Assembly: GCA_040754495.1 (NCBI GenBank)
Contig: JBFMCO010000059.1
Coordinates: 1 to 13,274, forward strand
Reading direction: 5' to 3'
Source of the DNA: Candidatus Micrarchaeota archaeon
GTDB taxonomy: Archaea > Micrarchaeota > Micrarchaeia > Anstonellales > Bilamarchaeaceae
DNA: 13,274 bases
In this document: positions 1-8,527 of the stretch, one piece after another
Position numbering within the stretch: position 1 is the first letter of the stretch
How the letters are laid out: each line of letters opens with the position of its first letter
Program-made: the position numbers and the translations under genes
Notes under the pieces: model-generated
What the model was told of the DNA's origin: nothing
Seen by the model: only the letters and a program-made list of their open reading frames with translations
Database searches by the model: none

Positions 1-1
1 C

Positions 2-1048
2 ACTCCGAAAGAGCGCCCGCTTGCTGAGGCCCTGCGCAAATTCGGCCTCATCGAGCGGGCCGACGGGGCCGGTGCCACCTCTTTTTACTACGGCACCAAC
101 GTCTCCAGGGGCGGCGAGCCACTGGACCAGCTCGATGCCCTGCTGCTCCTGTCAAGGATGAGGAAGAGCGGCCTTGATGGCAGGCTCACCCTGTTCGTGG
201 CGGGAAGATACTCCCAGCTGAATGGGGCGCCACTCGCGGAGCTGCTCGCGGCTGAAGAGAGGAAGATGAGGGCGATGCGCGCTGCTGCGTCCGCCCTCTC
301 GCTTCCGCTCGCCATCCTGCGCACGGACGAACTCTGGTACGACCCCGGATACTGGTCTGCGGTTTCTGAACTCAGCACGGTCCCGGGAATAATAAGCGGG
401 CGCAGCGGAGCCCGGTTCTCGGATGTCGCCTCGTCGTTCGAGCCTGCCATACTCTCTGCCATGCCGGAAGGGCTGATGGGCGCCCTCGGCCAAATCGAGG
501 CCCCGGCATTATACCGCCTCTTCGAGGTCGCCGAGGCATCCGCGCTCTCGCGCAGGATGGGCATCGGGTGCAAAATCGGCCCTGCGAGCGAGGAGGAATA
601 CGACTGGTTCATCGGCTCTTTCATGGGGATAATCCAGCTCAGGCAGCCGCTCGATTTTCGGAGCTCTCCCGCATCCCCGCGCCCTCTCCTGCCGTACATA
701 AGCAAAAGCGGGCAGGAGCGCATTTTCCTGGACGATGGGAAGGAGGAGCTGGCCGGAAAGATATTCGGGCTCGCGCAGCGCTCATCAGGCTCGCCGCTCT
801 TCTACGGCGGCTTCATGAATCCGTTCGCAAGGGCCGCGGCGCTTGCCGTGGAGGCCGCCGCTGCCGCCGATTCGCTCCCGGTCCGGTTCGGCAACTCGCT
901 CGTCCGGGACGGGGAAGGCGCCATCAGGGTGCTGGACCGGGGCGGGACGTCGGGCCTGACACGGCTCGCGCCCGTCGTGGCAGAGTGCCTGTGGGCATAC
1001 CTTCTCAAGCCGGTGCAGGCTGCGCTGGAAGGAGGTGCTGCCGCATGA
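2..1048 (+). CDS. Hypothetical protein, 5'-truncated by the window edge
   Basis: The frame of the 158..1048 ORF is open back to base 2 (TPKERPLAEALRKFGLIE...), so the true start lies upstream. Its TGA overlaps the next ATG (ATGA at 1045-1048). No family motif recognised. Confidence 0.7.
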   Translation, partial: TPKERPLAEALRKFGLIERADGAGATSFYYGTNVSRGGEPLDQLDALLLLSRMRKSGLDGRLTLFVAGRYSQLNGAPLAELLAAEERKMRAMRAAASALSLPLAILRTDELWYDPGYWSAVSELSTVPGIISGRSGARFSDVASSFEPAILSAMPEGLMGALGQIEAPALYRLFEVAEASALSRRMGIGCKIGPASEEEYDWFIGSFMGIIQLRQPLDFRSSPASPRPLLPYISKSGQERIFLDDGKEELAGKIFGLAQRSSGSPLFYGGFMNPFARAAALAVEAAAAADSLPVRFGNSLVRDGEGAIRVLDRGGTSGLTRLAPVVAECLWAYLLKPVQAALEGGAAA

Positions 1049-1749
1049 TAGGAGTTCTCGGGGGCATGGGGCCGGAAAGTACGGCCTACACGTACATGCG
1101 CATGGTTCGGTACTGCCAGCAGGAGCTCGGCTCAAGCTTCGACTGCGATTTTCCGCCGATAGTGATGTTCAGCATGCCCATCCTGGATGTCGTGGAGGAG
1201 GGGAGCAACGATGCGGCGGTGCTCTCGGCGCTAGGGCGAGGCCTTGGCGTCCTTGAAAAGGCCGGCGCGTCGTTCTCCTTCATCGCATGCAACACCATGC
1301 AGGGCTTCGTTCCTGAGCTTCGGAAGAAGTACGAAATGATGTCTCTCGTGGAAGAGACGCTCCGGGCCGCGCAGCGGACAGGCGTCCGCAACTGGGGGCT
1401 GCTTTCAACCGAAGTCACGGCAAGGAAGGGCTATTACCAGGAGGCGTTCCGCTCGCGGGGCATGTCGCTCGTCGCGCCGGATAACTCCGCGCAGGCGCAG
1501 GTTACGAGGGCGATCCGGGAGATACTCTCAGGCGCGGACATCGCCAAAGCCGGCGGGAGGCTGAGGTCTGTTGGCCGCTGCCTCGAAGCCGGGGGCGCAG
1601 ACGGCCTCGTCCTTGCATGCACCGACCTGCCGCTCGCGCTGCAGGGCCCGGATGCGGGGATGATTGTGCTCGACACCGCGGACATCATAGCCCGGGCGGC
1701 CGTGAAACGCTATGTATTGGAATCCGGAGGGCCCCCTTTTCTTTTTTAA
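1045..1749 (+). CDS. Aspartate/glutamate racemase family protein (234 aa)
   Basis: Starts MIGVLGGMGPEST; both catalytic Cys motifs are present (IACNT, LACTDLP). SD GGAGGTG at 1031-1037 precedes ATG 1045. The track's start at 568 is a spurious extension. Confidence 0.93.
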   Translation: MIGVLGGMGPESTAYTYMRMVRYCQQELGSSFDCDFPPIVMFSMPILDVVEEGSNDAAVLSALGRGLGVLEKAGASFSFIACNTMQGFVPELRKKYEMMSLVEETLRAAQRTGVRNWGLLSTEVTARKGYYQEAFRSRGMSLVAPDNSAQAQVTRAIREILSGADIAKAGGRLRSVGRCLEAGGADGLVLACTDLPLALQGPDAGMIVLDTADIIARAAVKRYVLESGGPPFLF

Positions 1750-1778
1750 TCCAAGCAGGATATAGAGGATGGATTGAC

Positions 1779-3011
1779 ATGAAGCTCACGCCAAAGGGAA
1801 TGAGGGACATCGGCCCCGATGACATGTACGTCAGGGAGGAGGTCGTAGAGAAGATACGCTCAATCTTCCGCGGCTACGGCTACCGGCCCCTCGAGACGCC
1901 TGCCATGGAATACCTTGAGACGCTGAGAGCCAAGGCCGGGCCTGAAGTGGACAAGCAGATTTTCGTAATTGAGGGCGGGGAATACGGCCTCCGCTTCGAC
2001 CTGACAGTTCCGCTAGCAAGATATGCTGCCAGCGCGGACGTTCCCAAGCCCTTCAAGCGCTATGCGATAGACGTGGTCTGGCGCAGGGAGGAGCCGCAGA
2101 GGGGACGCTTCAGGGAATTCTACCAGGCTGACGTTGACATCGTCGGCAGCCCCTCGATGCGGTGCGAGGCCGAGCTCCTGCGCCTCGCCCGCGACGTCTG
2201 CCTCTCGTTCGGGTTCGATAAGCCGCGCATCATGCTAAACAACAGGAAAATACTGGACGGCATCGCGGATTCGCTCTCGCTCGGGGCCGACAAGGGCGAG
2301 GTCTTCCGCGTCCTTGACAAGCTCGACAAAATCGGGAAGGCAGAGGTCGGCCGCCTCCTTGCCGAGATACTGGGCGAGGAGAAGGCGGGCAGGCTCATGG
2401 AGATAACGATGGCCGGCGGGAGCAATGATGAGAGGCTCGCGCTCGCTGAGAAATTCAGCAAGGAGGGGGCGGACGAGCTGAGGCAGATAGTATCCTCCTG
2501 CCCGTTCGAAATCGAAGTGGACCTCTTCCTCGTCCGGGGCCTCGGATATTACACCGGCCCTGTCTATGAGATAAGCCTTCATGAGGACATCGGCACAGTC
2601 ATCGCAGGCGGCAGGTACGACAGCCTCCTTGGCGTCTACGGCCCCGCCCTGCCCGCGGTCGGCATATCGGTCGGCATCGAGAGGCTGGTCACGCTCATCA
2701 GCGAGCGGGGCGGGGGGAGGAAGAAGACAGACAGCACGGTCCTTGTAGCGGCCGTGAAGCCGGAGTTCTATGGCAATGCCTCGGAATTCGCGGCGAAACT
2801 CCGTTCTGCCGGCATCCCCTGCGAGACCGACCTGAACGAGCGCAACCTCAGGAAGCAGTTCGAGTACGCGAACGCCCTATCCATCCAGTACGTAATCATC
2901 CTCGGCGAGCGCGAGGTGAAAGGGGGCCTGGTCACGCTGCGCGAGATGGGCTCAGGGAAGGAGCAGCAGCTGCCTGAGGCCGAGGCGCTCAAGCTGATAC
3001 GGGGTAGATAG
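1779..3011 (+). CDS. hisS: Histidyl-tRNA synthetase (410 aa)
   Basis: PKGMRD N-terminus, LRFDLTVPLARY, motif 2 WRREEPQRGRFREFYQADVD, RGLGYYTG, GGRYD, motif 3 GISVGIERL, and a C-terminal anticodon-binding domain. ATG at 1779. Confidence 0.97.
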   Translation: MKLTPKGMRDIGPDDMYVREEVVEKIRSIFRGYGYRPLETPAMEYLETLRAKAGPEVDKQIFVIEGGEYGLRFDLTVPLARYAASADVPKPFKRYAIDVVWRREEPQRGRFREFYQADVDIVGSPSMRCEAELLRLARDVCLSFGFDKPRIMLNNRKILDGIADSLSLGADKGEVFRVLDKLDKIGKAEVGRLLAEILGEEKAGRLMEITMAGGSNDERLALAEKFSKEGADELRQIVSSCPFEIEVDLFLVRGLGYYTGPVYEISLHEDIGTVIAGGRYDSLLGVYGPALPAVGISVGIERLVTLISERGGGRKKTDSTVLVAAVKPEFYGNASEFAAKLRSAGIPCETDLNERNLRKQFEYANALSIQYVIILGEREVKGGLVTLREMGSGKEQQLPEAEALKLIRGR

Positions 3012-3012
3012 G

Positions 3013-3525
3013 TTGCGGATTCCGGTCATGTACCTGCGGGACAAGCAGGCATTCAGGAAGGAAGGCGGGGCGATGCGCCTTGCGGGAAAGCCCCTCAATG
3101 TCGCAAAGGCATTCAAGGAAGACGGCGTGAAGCTCATCCACATAGTGGACATCGACGCCCTCTCCGGGCTCCGGAATAACCTGGACGTATACGACAACCT
3201 GACATTCATCATCAACGTGCAGGTCGAGTGCGCGCCCAGGGCGGACATCGTGATGAAGCTCCTTTCCCTGAAGTGCCGCGTCGTCCTTCCGCCGTCGTTC
3301 GATGCATCCGGCCTCAAGGAAAAGAAGCTGCTTGTCGCGAAAATCCCGAAGGATTACCCGGGCGACGCCGGGGGCTTCCACGACGTACTGCTTGAGGACG
3401 CTGATGATGCTTCAGTCCGGAGATTCCATTCCCTTGGAAAGCGCGTAATAGTGCATGAAGAAGGCTACGGGAAACTGGATGCCGGCTGCCGGAAGCTGGT
3501 GTGGGGCGTCATTTCTTCTTCATGA
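3013..3525 (+). CDS. Degenerate, short HisA/HisF-like TIM-barrel protein
   Basis: N-terminus RIPVMYL...GKPLNVAKAFKEDGVKLIHIVDID resembles HisA (IPAID...DPVExAxxF...LHxVDLD). Only ~170 aa. TTG start at 3013, or ATG at 3028. Confidence 0.65.
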   Translation: MRIPVMYLRDKQAFRKEGGAMRLAGKPLNVAKAFKEDGVKLIHIVDIDALSGLRNNLDVYDNLTFIINVQVECAPRADIVMKLLSLKCRVVLPPSFDASGLKEKKLLVAKIPKDYPGDAGGFHDVLLEDADDASVRRFHSLGKRVIVHEEGYGKLDAGCRKLVWGVISSS

Positions 3526-4471
3526 TTTTGCTCTTCGCTTCTGCGAGCCTTGCCGCGAGCGTGGGCGACATCTTCGCCGGAGCCGGCCTTGCTGGCTTTG
3601 CGGCCGGCTTGGGCGGCGCTTTCGCAGGCTTCGGTTTGGGCTTTTCCTCGGCGGGAGCCGGCTCCCCCCTCTCTTCAGGCTCCGGTCTGGGCGCCAGGGT
3701 TTTAAGCGGCTTCTGGGGTGGCGGGGCCGCCTTGTGGACCTGTGCCTGCGGTTTGGGCGTTTCAGCGGGCCTTGCCTCATGGACGATGCTGAACCCCTTC
3801 GAGTTCAGGATGGCCGGGTATGCCCTCGAAGAGTGGTCGACGCCCTTCATCTTTATCACTTCGACATAGCGCGCCCTGGAGAGCGCCTTGTCGTCATACT
3901 TGAAGAACAGGTTGACCCAGCCGTCGGTGAAGCTCTCTATGCCGTATTCGGACGAGGGCCTCGAGCCTGCGTGCCCCATCTTGAGGTCCTCCGAGACTAT
4001 CAGCGTCGTGGTGTTCCATTTCCGCAGGTTCTCTATGAACTTCAGGAACCCCTTCTTGCGCTCATCGTCCCCCTTGAAGTAGAGGGCTATCGGCATGATG
4101 GAGTCTATGACCACCCTCTTCGTCCCCGTGGTGGCTATGATTTCCTGGATGGCGCTCGACTGCGTCACTATCTGGTCCACCTCGTGTATCGGGTAGTCGA
4201 GGAGGATGAACTTGCGGTCTCGCTCGAGGGCCTGGAAGTCCCACTCGAAGCCGCCGAGGTGGAAGAAGAAGTCCCGCCTGCTCTCCTCTATGGAGATGTA
4301 CAGCCCCGGCTCGTTGCTGTCGACGGCTCCGTTGTGGAGGAACTGCGCCGCGAGGGTGCTCTTTCCCGCACCCGTGGGGCCGCTCACCGTGACTACCGAG
4401 CCTTCGAGGAGGCCCCCCCCGAGAACATCGTCCAGCCCCGGTATGCCGCTCTTGATGAACTTGCGCTCCAT
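3509..4471 (-). CDS. KaiC/RAD55-family single-domain ATPase with Pro/Ala/Lys-rich C-terminal tail
   Basis: SGIPGLDDVLGGG, Walker A GPTGAGKS, YISIEE, Walker B RVVIDS, ESFTDG, EVIKMKG. SD GGAGTGA at 4482-4476. Confidence 0.92.
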   Translation of the reverse strand: MERKFIKSGIPGLDDVLGGGLLEGSVVTVSGPTGAGKSTLAAQFLHNGAVDSNEPGLYISIEESRRDFFFHLGGFEWDFQALERDRKFILLDYPIHEVDQIVTQSSAIQEIIATTGTKRVVIDSIMPIALYFKGDDERKKGFLKFIENLRKWNTTTLIVSEDLKMGHAGSRPSSEYGIESFTDGWVNLFFKYDDKALSRARYVEVIKMKGVDHSSRAYPAILNSKGFSIVHEARPAETPKPQAQVHKAAPPPQKPLKTLAPRPEPEERGEPAPAEEKPKPKPAKAPPKPAAKPARPAPAKMSPTLAARLAEAKSKIMKKK

Positions 4472-4475
4472 CAAA

Positions 4476-4970
4476 TCACTCCTTTTTCTCCTTCTTAAGG
4501 AGTTTCTTGCCCATCTCGGCCCTTTTCCTCAGGTTCTCCTGAAGCTGCAGGAGCTCCTCGGGCTTTGACAGCTTTGTGAGTATGTACCTCTTGTATTCTG
4601 CGGTGGTGGCGGACATGGTCCCGAGAAGCTCGTGGGCCTGCGAGAGCGGCAGCCTTATCTCGTCTGGCCTCAGTATCTCGACGGTGTAAGGGCTGTGGGC
4701 CATGCAGATTGCCGCAAGGGAGGAGAAATCCTTCGTGAGCACCTTGACCTCGATGGAGCTCGACCAGTTCTTGCCCTCCTCGCCGCCTGCCGGCTCGTCA
4801 ATCTCCCCCAGGGCGAACACGACGCCGGGCTTCTGTATGATGCTGTTGACGAATCCCGTGCCGAGCTCCTGGACGAGCTCCTTGGTCTTCGCGTGTATGT
4901 CGAAATAGAGCATCGCGAGCACCCCGCCGCCCGCTACGGTATCTCGTGTGAGCTTCTCAACGTCCGTCAT
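4476..4970 (-). CDS. Hypothetical protein (164 aa), translationally coupled to the KaiC-like ATPase
   Basis: ATG at 4970 with SD AGGAG. Alpha/beta N-terminal part and a charged helical C-terminus. Its TGA lies inside the SD of the ATPase gene. Confidence 0.8.
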   Translation of the reverse strand: MTDVEKLTRDTVAGGGVLAMLYFDIHAKTKELVQELGTGFVNSIIQKPGVVFALGEIDEPAGGEEGKNWSSSIEVKVLTKDFSSLAAICMAHSPYTVEILRPDEIRLPLSQAHELLGTMSATTAEYKRYILTKLSKPEELLQLQENLRKRAEMGKKLLKKEKKE

Positions 4971-5001
4971 CAAATCTCCTGGATGGAATTCTCTGCTATG
5001 C

Positions 5002-5008
5002 TTTAAAA
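5002..5008 (-). promoter_or_regulatory. TATA box for the 4970 gene / KaiC-like operon
   Basis: TTTTAAA on the - strand, 32-38 nt upstream of ATG 4970, in an AT-rich patch within GC-rich DNA. Confidence 0.55.
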
Positions 5009-5011
5009 TAC

Positions 5012-6028
5012 TCACCAGACGCCTTCCCTGAATGCGTCCTCCAGCACCGAGAGGGGATGGCCGGTGCATGAGAGCAATGCGAGGGCGCCCGGGTGAAGGA
5101 GGCGCCTCTCGCCCTCGCGCCTCTTGTCCTTGTTGGCCACCAGCCCGCGATAGGTCATTCTGATAAATTCAACTATCTCATCCCGCCGGAGCGGCACGAG
5201 GCGGGTGTGCTCCCCCTTGTCCTCGTCCTTGTTGGCCTCGTACCTCCCGACAAGGCCTTCGAAGGTGAGGCCCGTCTGCACATGGAATACGTACATCGGG
5301 CCGTCCTCTATCGCCCGGTCCATAATCCTTGCCTGCAAGGAAACGGACCGGATGTCATGCTCCATAAGCCCGAACTCTGCCGTCAGCTCTTTGGACCTGT
5401 AGAAACCGAATATCGTCTCCTCCCCGCTCATGATGCCCGCGGTCAGGCCGAGCGCCCCGGCATTGATGTGGAAGGTGTCCGGGTATGCTGCCCCGCCGCG
5501 GAGCCCTATCGCGAGAAACGCATCCGAAGTCTCCACTATCCCCCCGATCGAGATGCTGCTGATTCCTACATCGACTCCGCTCCTCACAAGCTGCGTCTCG
5601 ATGCTGTGCCTCGGGCCTATCGTCACCATGACCGCCCTGCCATCGAAGCTGTGCCCCAGTTCGGCCGCCGCAAGCTCGTTCCACCAGGGAACCCTGACTT
5701 TCGTGATGTCCCGGGTGTCCAGCTCAAGCAGCCGGAACGCCTCCCCGAACCGCCGGTCCTCCCAGAATCTCGCCCTAACGCGGTCTGCCATGTCCCCCAG
5801 CCCATACCTGTCGAATTCCTTTCCGGTCTCTTTCCGGTACCACGCCGCCACGTCGGCGCCCAGTTCGTCCAAAAGCGGGACCGCCGTCCTGAAATCCAGC
5901 TGCTTCCCGCTCCGGCCAAGGCGCCGCTCGTGATACTCGTGCCGGAGGCTCTGCGGCGCAAGGGATGGGTAACGCAGGATGGCGTCATCGCCAAAGAGCC
6001 TTTTTCTCACGTCAGGAACCGTAACCAT
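5012..6028 (-). CDS. Nudix-fold protein (NUDT22-like, degenerate Nudix box)
   Basis: SIGGIVETSDAFLAIGLRGG...PDTFHINAG followed by SKELTAEFGL, which resembles the RELxEExGU part of the Nudix box. Confidence 0.6.
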   Translation of the reverse strand: MVTVPDVRKRLFGDDAILRYPSLAPQSLRHEYHERRLGRSGKQLDFRTAVPLLDELGADVAAWYRKETGKEFDRYGLGDMADRVRARFWEDRRFGEAFRLLELDTRDITKVRVPWWNELAAAELGHSFDGRAVMVTIGPRHSIETQLVRSGVDVGISSISIGGIVETSDAFLAIGLRGGAAYPDTFHINAGALGLTAGIMSGEETIFGFYRSKELTAEFGLMEHDIRSVSLQARIMDRAIEDGPMYVFHVQTGLTFEGLVGRYEANKDEDKGEHTRLVPLRRDEIVEFIRMTYRGLVANKDKRREGERRLLHPGALALLSCTGHPLSVLEDAFREGVW

Positions 6029-6052
6029 AGTTATAATTAGTGTTATGTCATA

Positions 6053-6094
6053 TTTTTAAAAGGGCAGCCGGCGCACCCAGAAACGATTTAAATA
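6053..6094. promoter_or_regulatory. Divergent TATA boxes (Nudix-like gene and nop5)
   Basis: TTTTAAAAA on - (6061-6053), 25-33 nt before ATG 6028. TTTAAATA on + (6087-6094) with a purine-rich BRE (CAGAAACGA), ~31 nt before ATG 6125. Confidence 0.6.
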
Positions 6095-6124
6095 TCGATG
6101 AGCAATCTTACTACGGTGCTATTT

Positions 6125-7027
6125 ATGCGGGAAAGGAGACCCCACAGGGGCAATCAGGGATTTCGCGGAAACCGGATGTCCGGAAGCCAGGAAGGCGAAC
6201 GCTTCGAAAAGCGCGCAAGGTTCATGAAGAGGGCCAGGCAGACCGTGATGCAGGCGCTGCGCAGCAGGGACATGCTCCTTGCCAGCGTCACCAAGTCCAT
6301 AGAGGATTTGGACAAGACCATCAACCTGCTCGGCGAGCGCTTCGAGGACTGGTACGGGATATACTTCCCGGAGCTCAGGGCAGAGGAGAAATTGCAGTAC
6401 TGCAATGCGGCCCTCATGATAGACAAGGAGAACCTGGACGAGAAGGGGCTTGCGGTCATACTCGGCCAGAAGCGCGCCTCAGAGCTCGCAGCTGCCGCAA
6501 AGGGCAGCCTCGGGGCGAAGCTCTCGCCCAAAGACCACTCCGAATGCCTCTCCATGGCACGCGCCATAATCACGCTGGAGAAGCTGCGCAAGGACTACGA
6601 GGCTTACCAGAAGGAACTCGCGAACGAGCTGTGCCCGAACATGTCGGAAGTGGGCGGGCCGGAAATCGCGGCCAAGCTCGTCTCGCATGTCGGCTCGCTC
6701 CAGAGGCTGGCGCTCCTGCCATCCAGCGCAATACAGGTGCTGGGAGCCGAGAAGGCGCTTTTCAAGCACCTGCGGAACAGGAAGATACCCCCGCCCAAGC
6801 ACGGCATAATCTTCCAGCACGTGCGGATATCCGCCTCCCCGAAATCCGTGCGGGGCAAAATCGCGCGCGCCCTGGCCAACCAGCTCTCGCTCGCCTCCAA
6901 GGCGGATGCCTTCAGCAAGAGGAGCATCTCGCCCGCGCTGAAGAAGAAGTTCGACGACCGCTATGCCGAGATAATGAAGGAGTATGAGGCGCAGAAAAGC
7001 AAGGCCCCATCCGGCCCGAAGCCCTGA
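6125..7027 (+). CDS. nop5: Nop5/Nop56/58 C/D box sRNP core protein (short form)
   Basis: EDLDKTINLLGERFEDWYGIYFPEL, CPNMSEVGGPEIAAKLVSHVGSL, PSSAIQVLGAEKALF, PPKHGIIFQH, RGKIARALA. Start set at ATG 6125 by TATA spacing; 6098 and 6176 are alternatives. Confidence 0.95.
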   Translation: MRERRPHRGNQGFRGNRMSGSQEGERFEKRARFMKRARQTVMQALRSRDMLLASVTKSIEDLDKTINLLGERFEDWYGIYFPELRAEEKLQYCNAALMIDKENLDEKGLAVILGQKRASELAAAAKGSLGAKLSPKDHSECLSMARAIITLEKLRKDYEAYQKELANELCPNMSEVGGPEIAAKLVSHVGSLQRLALLPSSAIQVLGAEKALFKHLRNRKIPPPKHGIIFQHVRISASPKSVRGKIARALANQLSLASKADAFSKRSISPALKKKFDDRYAEIMKEYEAQKSKAPSGPKP

Positions 7028-7031
7028 GCGC

Positions 7032-7658
7032 ATGAGAATCCTCGCGTTCTCGGACATCCACGGGGAGGAGGCGGCGCTGGAATCGCTGCGCTCGATTTCG
7101 CCCTCCTACGACCACGTGTTCATCTGCGGAGACATCTCCCAGAGCGGCGTTTTCGCCGAAGCGGTCCTGGAGGCGTTCCCGAAATCGTTCATCGTCCCGG
7201 GCAACTGGGACAACTGGAGGGTGAACGAGATTCTCTCGAAGCAGCCGCAGTGGCTCCACGAGAAGCGCGCCGGACTGGGGGACGGGCTGAACGCTGTCGG
7301 CTTCGGCTACTCGAACCCCACGCCGTTTTTCACTTTCGGCGAGCTTGGCGAGGACGAAATATACTCGCGCATGTCGAAACTGCCGATAGACGGGAACACG
7401 CTCCTCCTGCTCCATTGCCCGCCGAAAGGGCATTTCGACAACGTCCATGTGGTGCGCCACATCGGCAGCGAGTCCATCCTGCGGGTCATCAGCGAGAAGA
7501 AGCCGCTCGCCGCGCTCTTCGGCCACGTCCACGAGCACTTTGGGACATCGAAACTCGGAACAACCGAGCTCATCAAGCTCCCGCCGGCGCAGGATATGTT
7601 GGCCTGCTCCATCACCATTAAGGATAAAAAAATTACCACGGAGTTCATATTGTTATGA
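7032..7658 (+). CDS. Calcineurin-like (Icc-related) metallophosphoesterase
   Basis: DIHG, CGDI, GNWD, LLLHCPP and FGHVHE motifs. ATG at 7032. Confidence 0.93.
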   Translation: MRILAFSDIHGEEAALESLRSISPSYDHVFICGDISQSGVFAEAVLEAFPKSFIVPGNWDNWRVNEILSKQPQWLHEKRAGLGDGLNAVGFGYSNPTPFFTFGELGEDEIYSRMSKLPIDGNTLLLLHCPPKGHFDNVHVVRHIGSESILRVISEKKPLAALFGHVHEHFGTSKLGTTELIKLPPAQDMLACSITIKDKKITTEFILL

Positions 7659-8044
7659 TACAGGTCAGGACGGTCAGGCCATCCGAGATGGATTTCGCCA
7701 AAAGCTTCATCCGCAGCATCTTCCCGGATGCGATGGTCCAGATAACCGAGGAGGACACCCTGCTGCTTGCCGAGCACGAGGGCCGGGTCGTGGGCTTTGC
7801 CCACATCGTGGACGAGGGGGACCGCATCATCCTGCAGGGAATCGGCGTGGACAAGTCCGTCCGGGGCCACGGCGTAGGCACCATACTGCTCGAGCACATC
7901 CTCGACACCCTCAGGGATGTCGAGCGGCCCATTTTCCTCAAGGTGAAAGTCATGAACCCTGCGATAGACCTCTATGCCCGCTACGGGTTCATGCTGAAGC
8001 GTTTCGGCGATGCGCACCTCCTTGTCAAGAAGCCGAACAGCTAG
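7655..8044 (+). CDS. GNAT-family N-acetyltransferase
   Basis: VDKSVRGHGVGTILL (acetyl-CoA motif A) and NPAIDLYARYGF. ATGA overlap with the upstream gene. Confidence 0.92.
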   Translation: MIQVRTVRPSEMDFAKSFIRSIFPDAMVQITEEDTLLLAEHEGRVVGFAHIVDEGDRIILQGIGVDKSVRGHGVGTILLEHILDTLRDVERPIFLKVKVMNPAIDLYARYGFMLKRFGDAHLLVKKPNS

Positions 8045-8098
8045 CCCAGAAAAGGTTATAAGCAGCAGGGAATCAATCTTCACTCGACTGGTGATGCT

Positions 8099-8491
8099 AT
8101 AGCCGAAACGAAGTTCTGCTTCCGGTGCGGCGAGAAGATATTCTCGGATGCCGAAATCTGCCCGAAATGCGGCGTGAGGCAGATGCAGCCTACGCAGGCT
8201 GCTGCCCAGGCACCGGCCCCCGCCGCAGGGGGCGCAGCCGTCTCCCCTCCGGTCGAGAATAAGAAAAGCCCGGGCCTTGCCGCAGTGCTCAATTTCCTCT
8301 GGGTGGGCCTCGGGCACATCTACTGCGGGGACATCATGTTCGGCCTTTTCCTCATGGTGGCCTATCCCATCGTCATCCTCCTGTGTTTCGTCACGATAAT
8401 ATGCATCCCGGTGCCCTTCATCATGTGGCTGTGGGCGATATTCGACGCGTACAACCTGGCCAAGAAAATCAACAGGGGCGAAGTCAGGTAG
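8099..8491 (+). CDS. Zinc-ribbon + TM2-domain membrane protein, probable ATA start
   Basis: In-frame upstream of the track's ATG 8174 is AETKFCFRCGEKIFSDAEICPKCGVRQ (two CxxC). SD GGTGAT at 8090-8095 is followed by ATA at 8099. C-terminus KKSPGLAAVLNFLWVGLGHIYCG...WLWAIFDAY is TM2-like. TATA TTATAAG at 8056-8062. Confidence 0.85.
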   Translation: MAETKFCFRCGEKIFSDAEICPKCGVRQMQPTQAAAQAPAPAAGGAAVSPPVENKKSPGLAAVLNFLWVGLGHIYCGDIMFGLFLMVAYPIVILLCFVTIICIPVPFIMWLWAIFDAYNLAKKINRGEVR

Positions 8492-8493
8492 AA

Positions 8494-8500
8494 TTTAAAC
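8494..8500 (+). promoter_or_regulatory. TATA box of tRNA-Pro
   Basis: TTTAAAC 28-34 nt upstream of the tRNA 5' end (8528). Confidence 0.65.
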
Positions 8501-8527
8501 ATTTCGCGACAACCTTACAATATCCTA

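Noticed and set aside
3455-8317. Long antisense or alternate-frame ORFs (e.g. 3455..4498, 5093..6040, 6040..6987, 7307..8317)
   Set aside because: Shadow ORFs expected in high-GC DNA opposite or overlapping well-supported genes, with no recognisable motifs.
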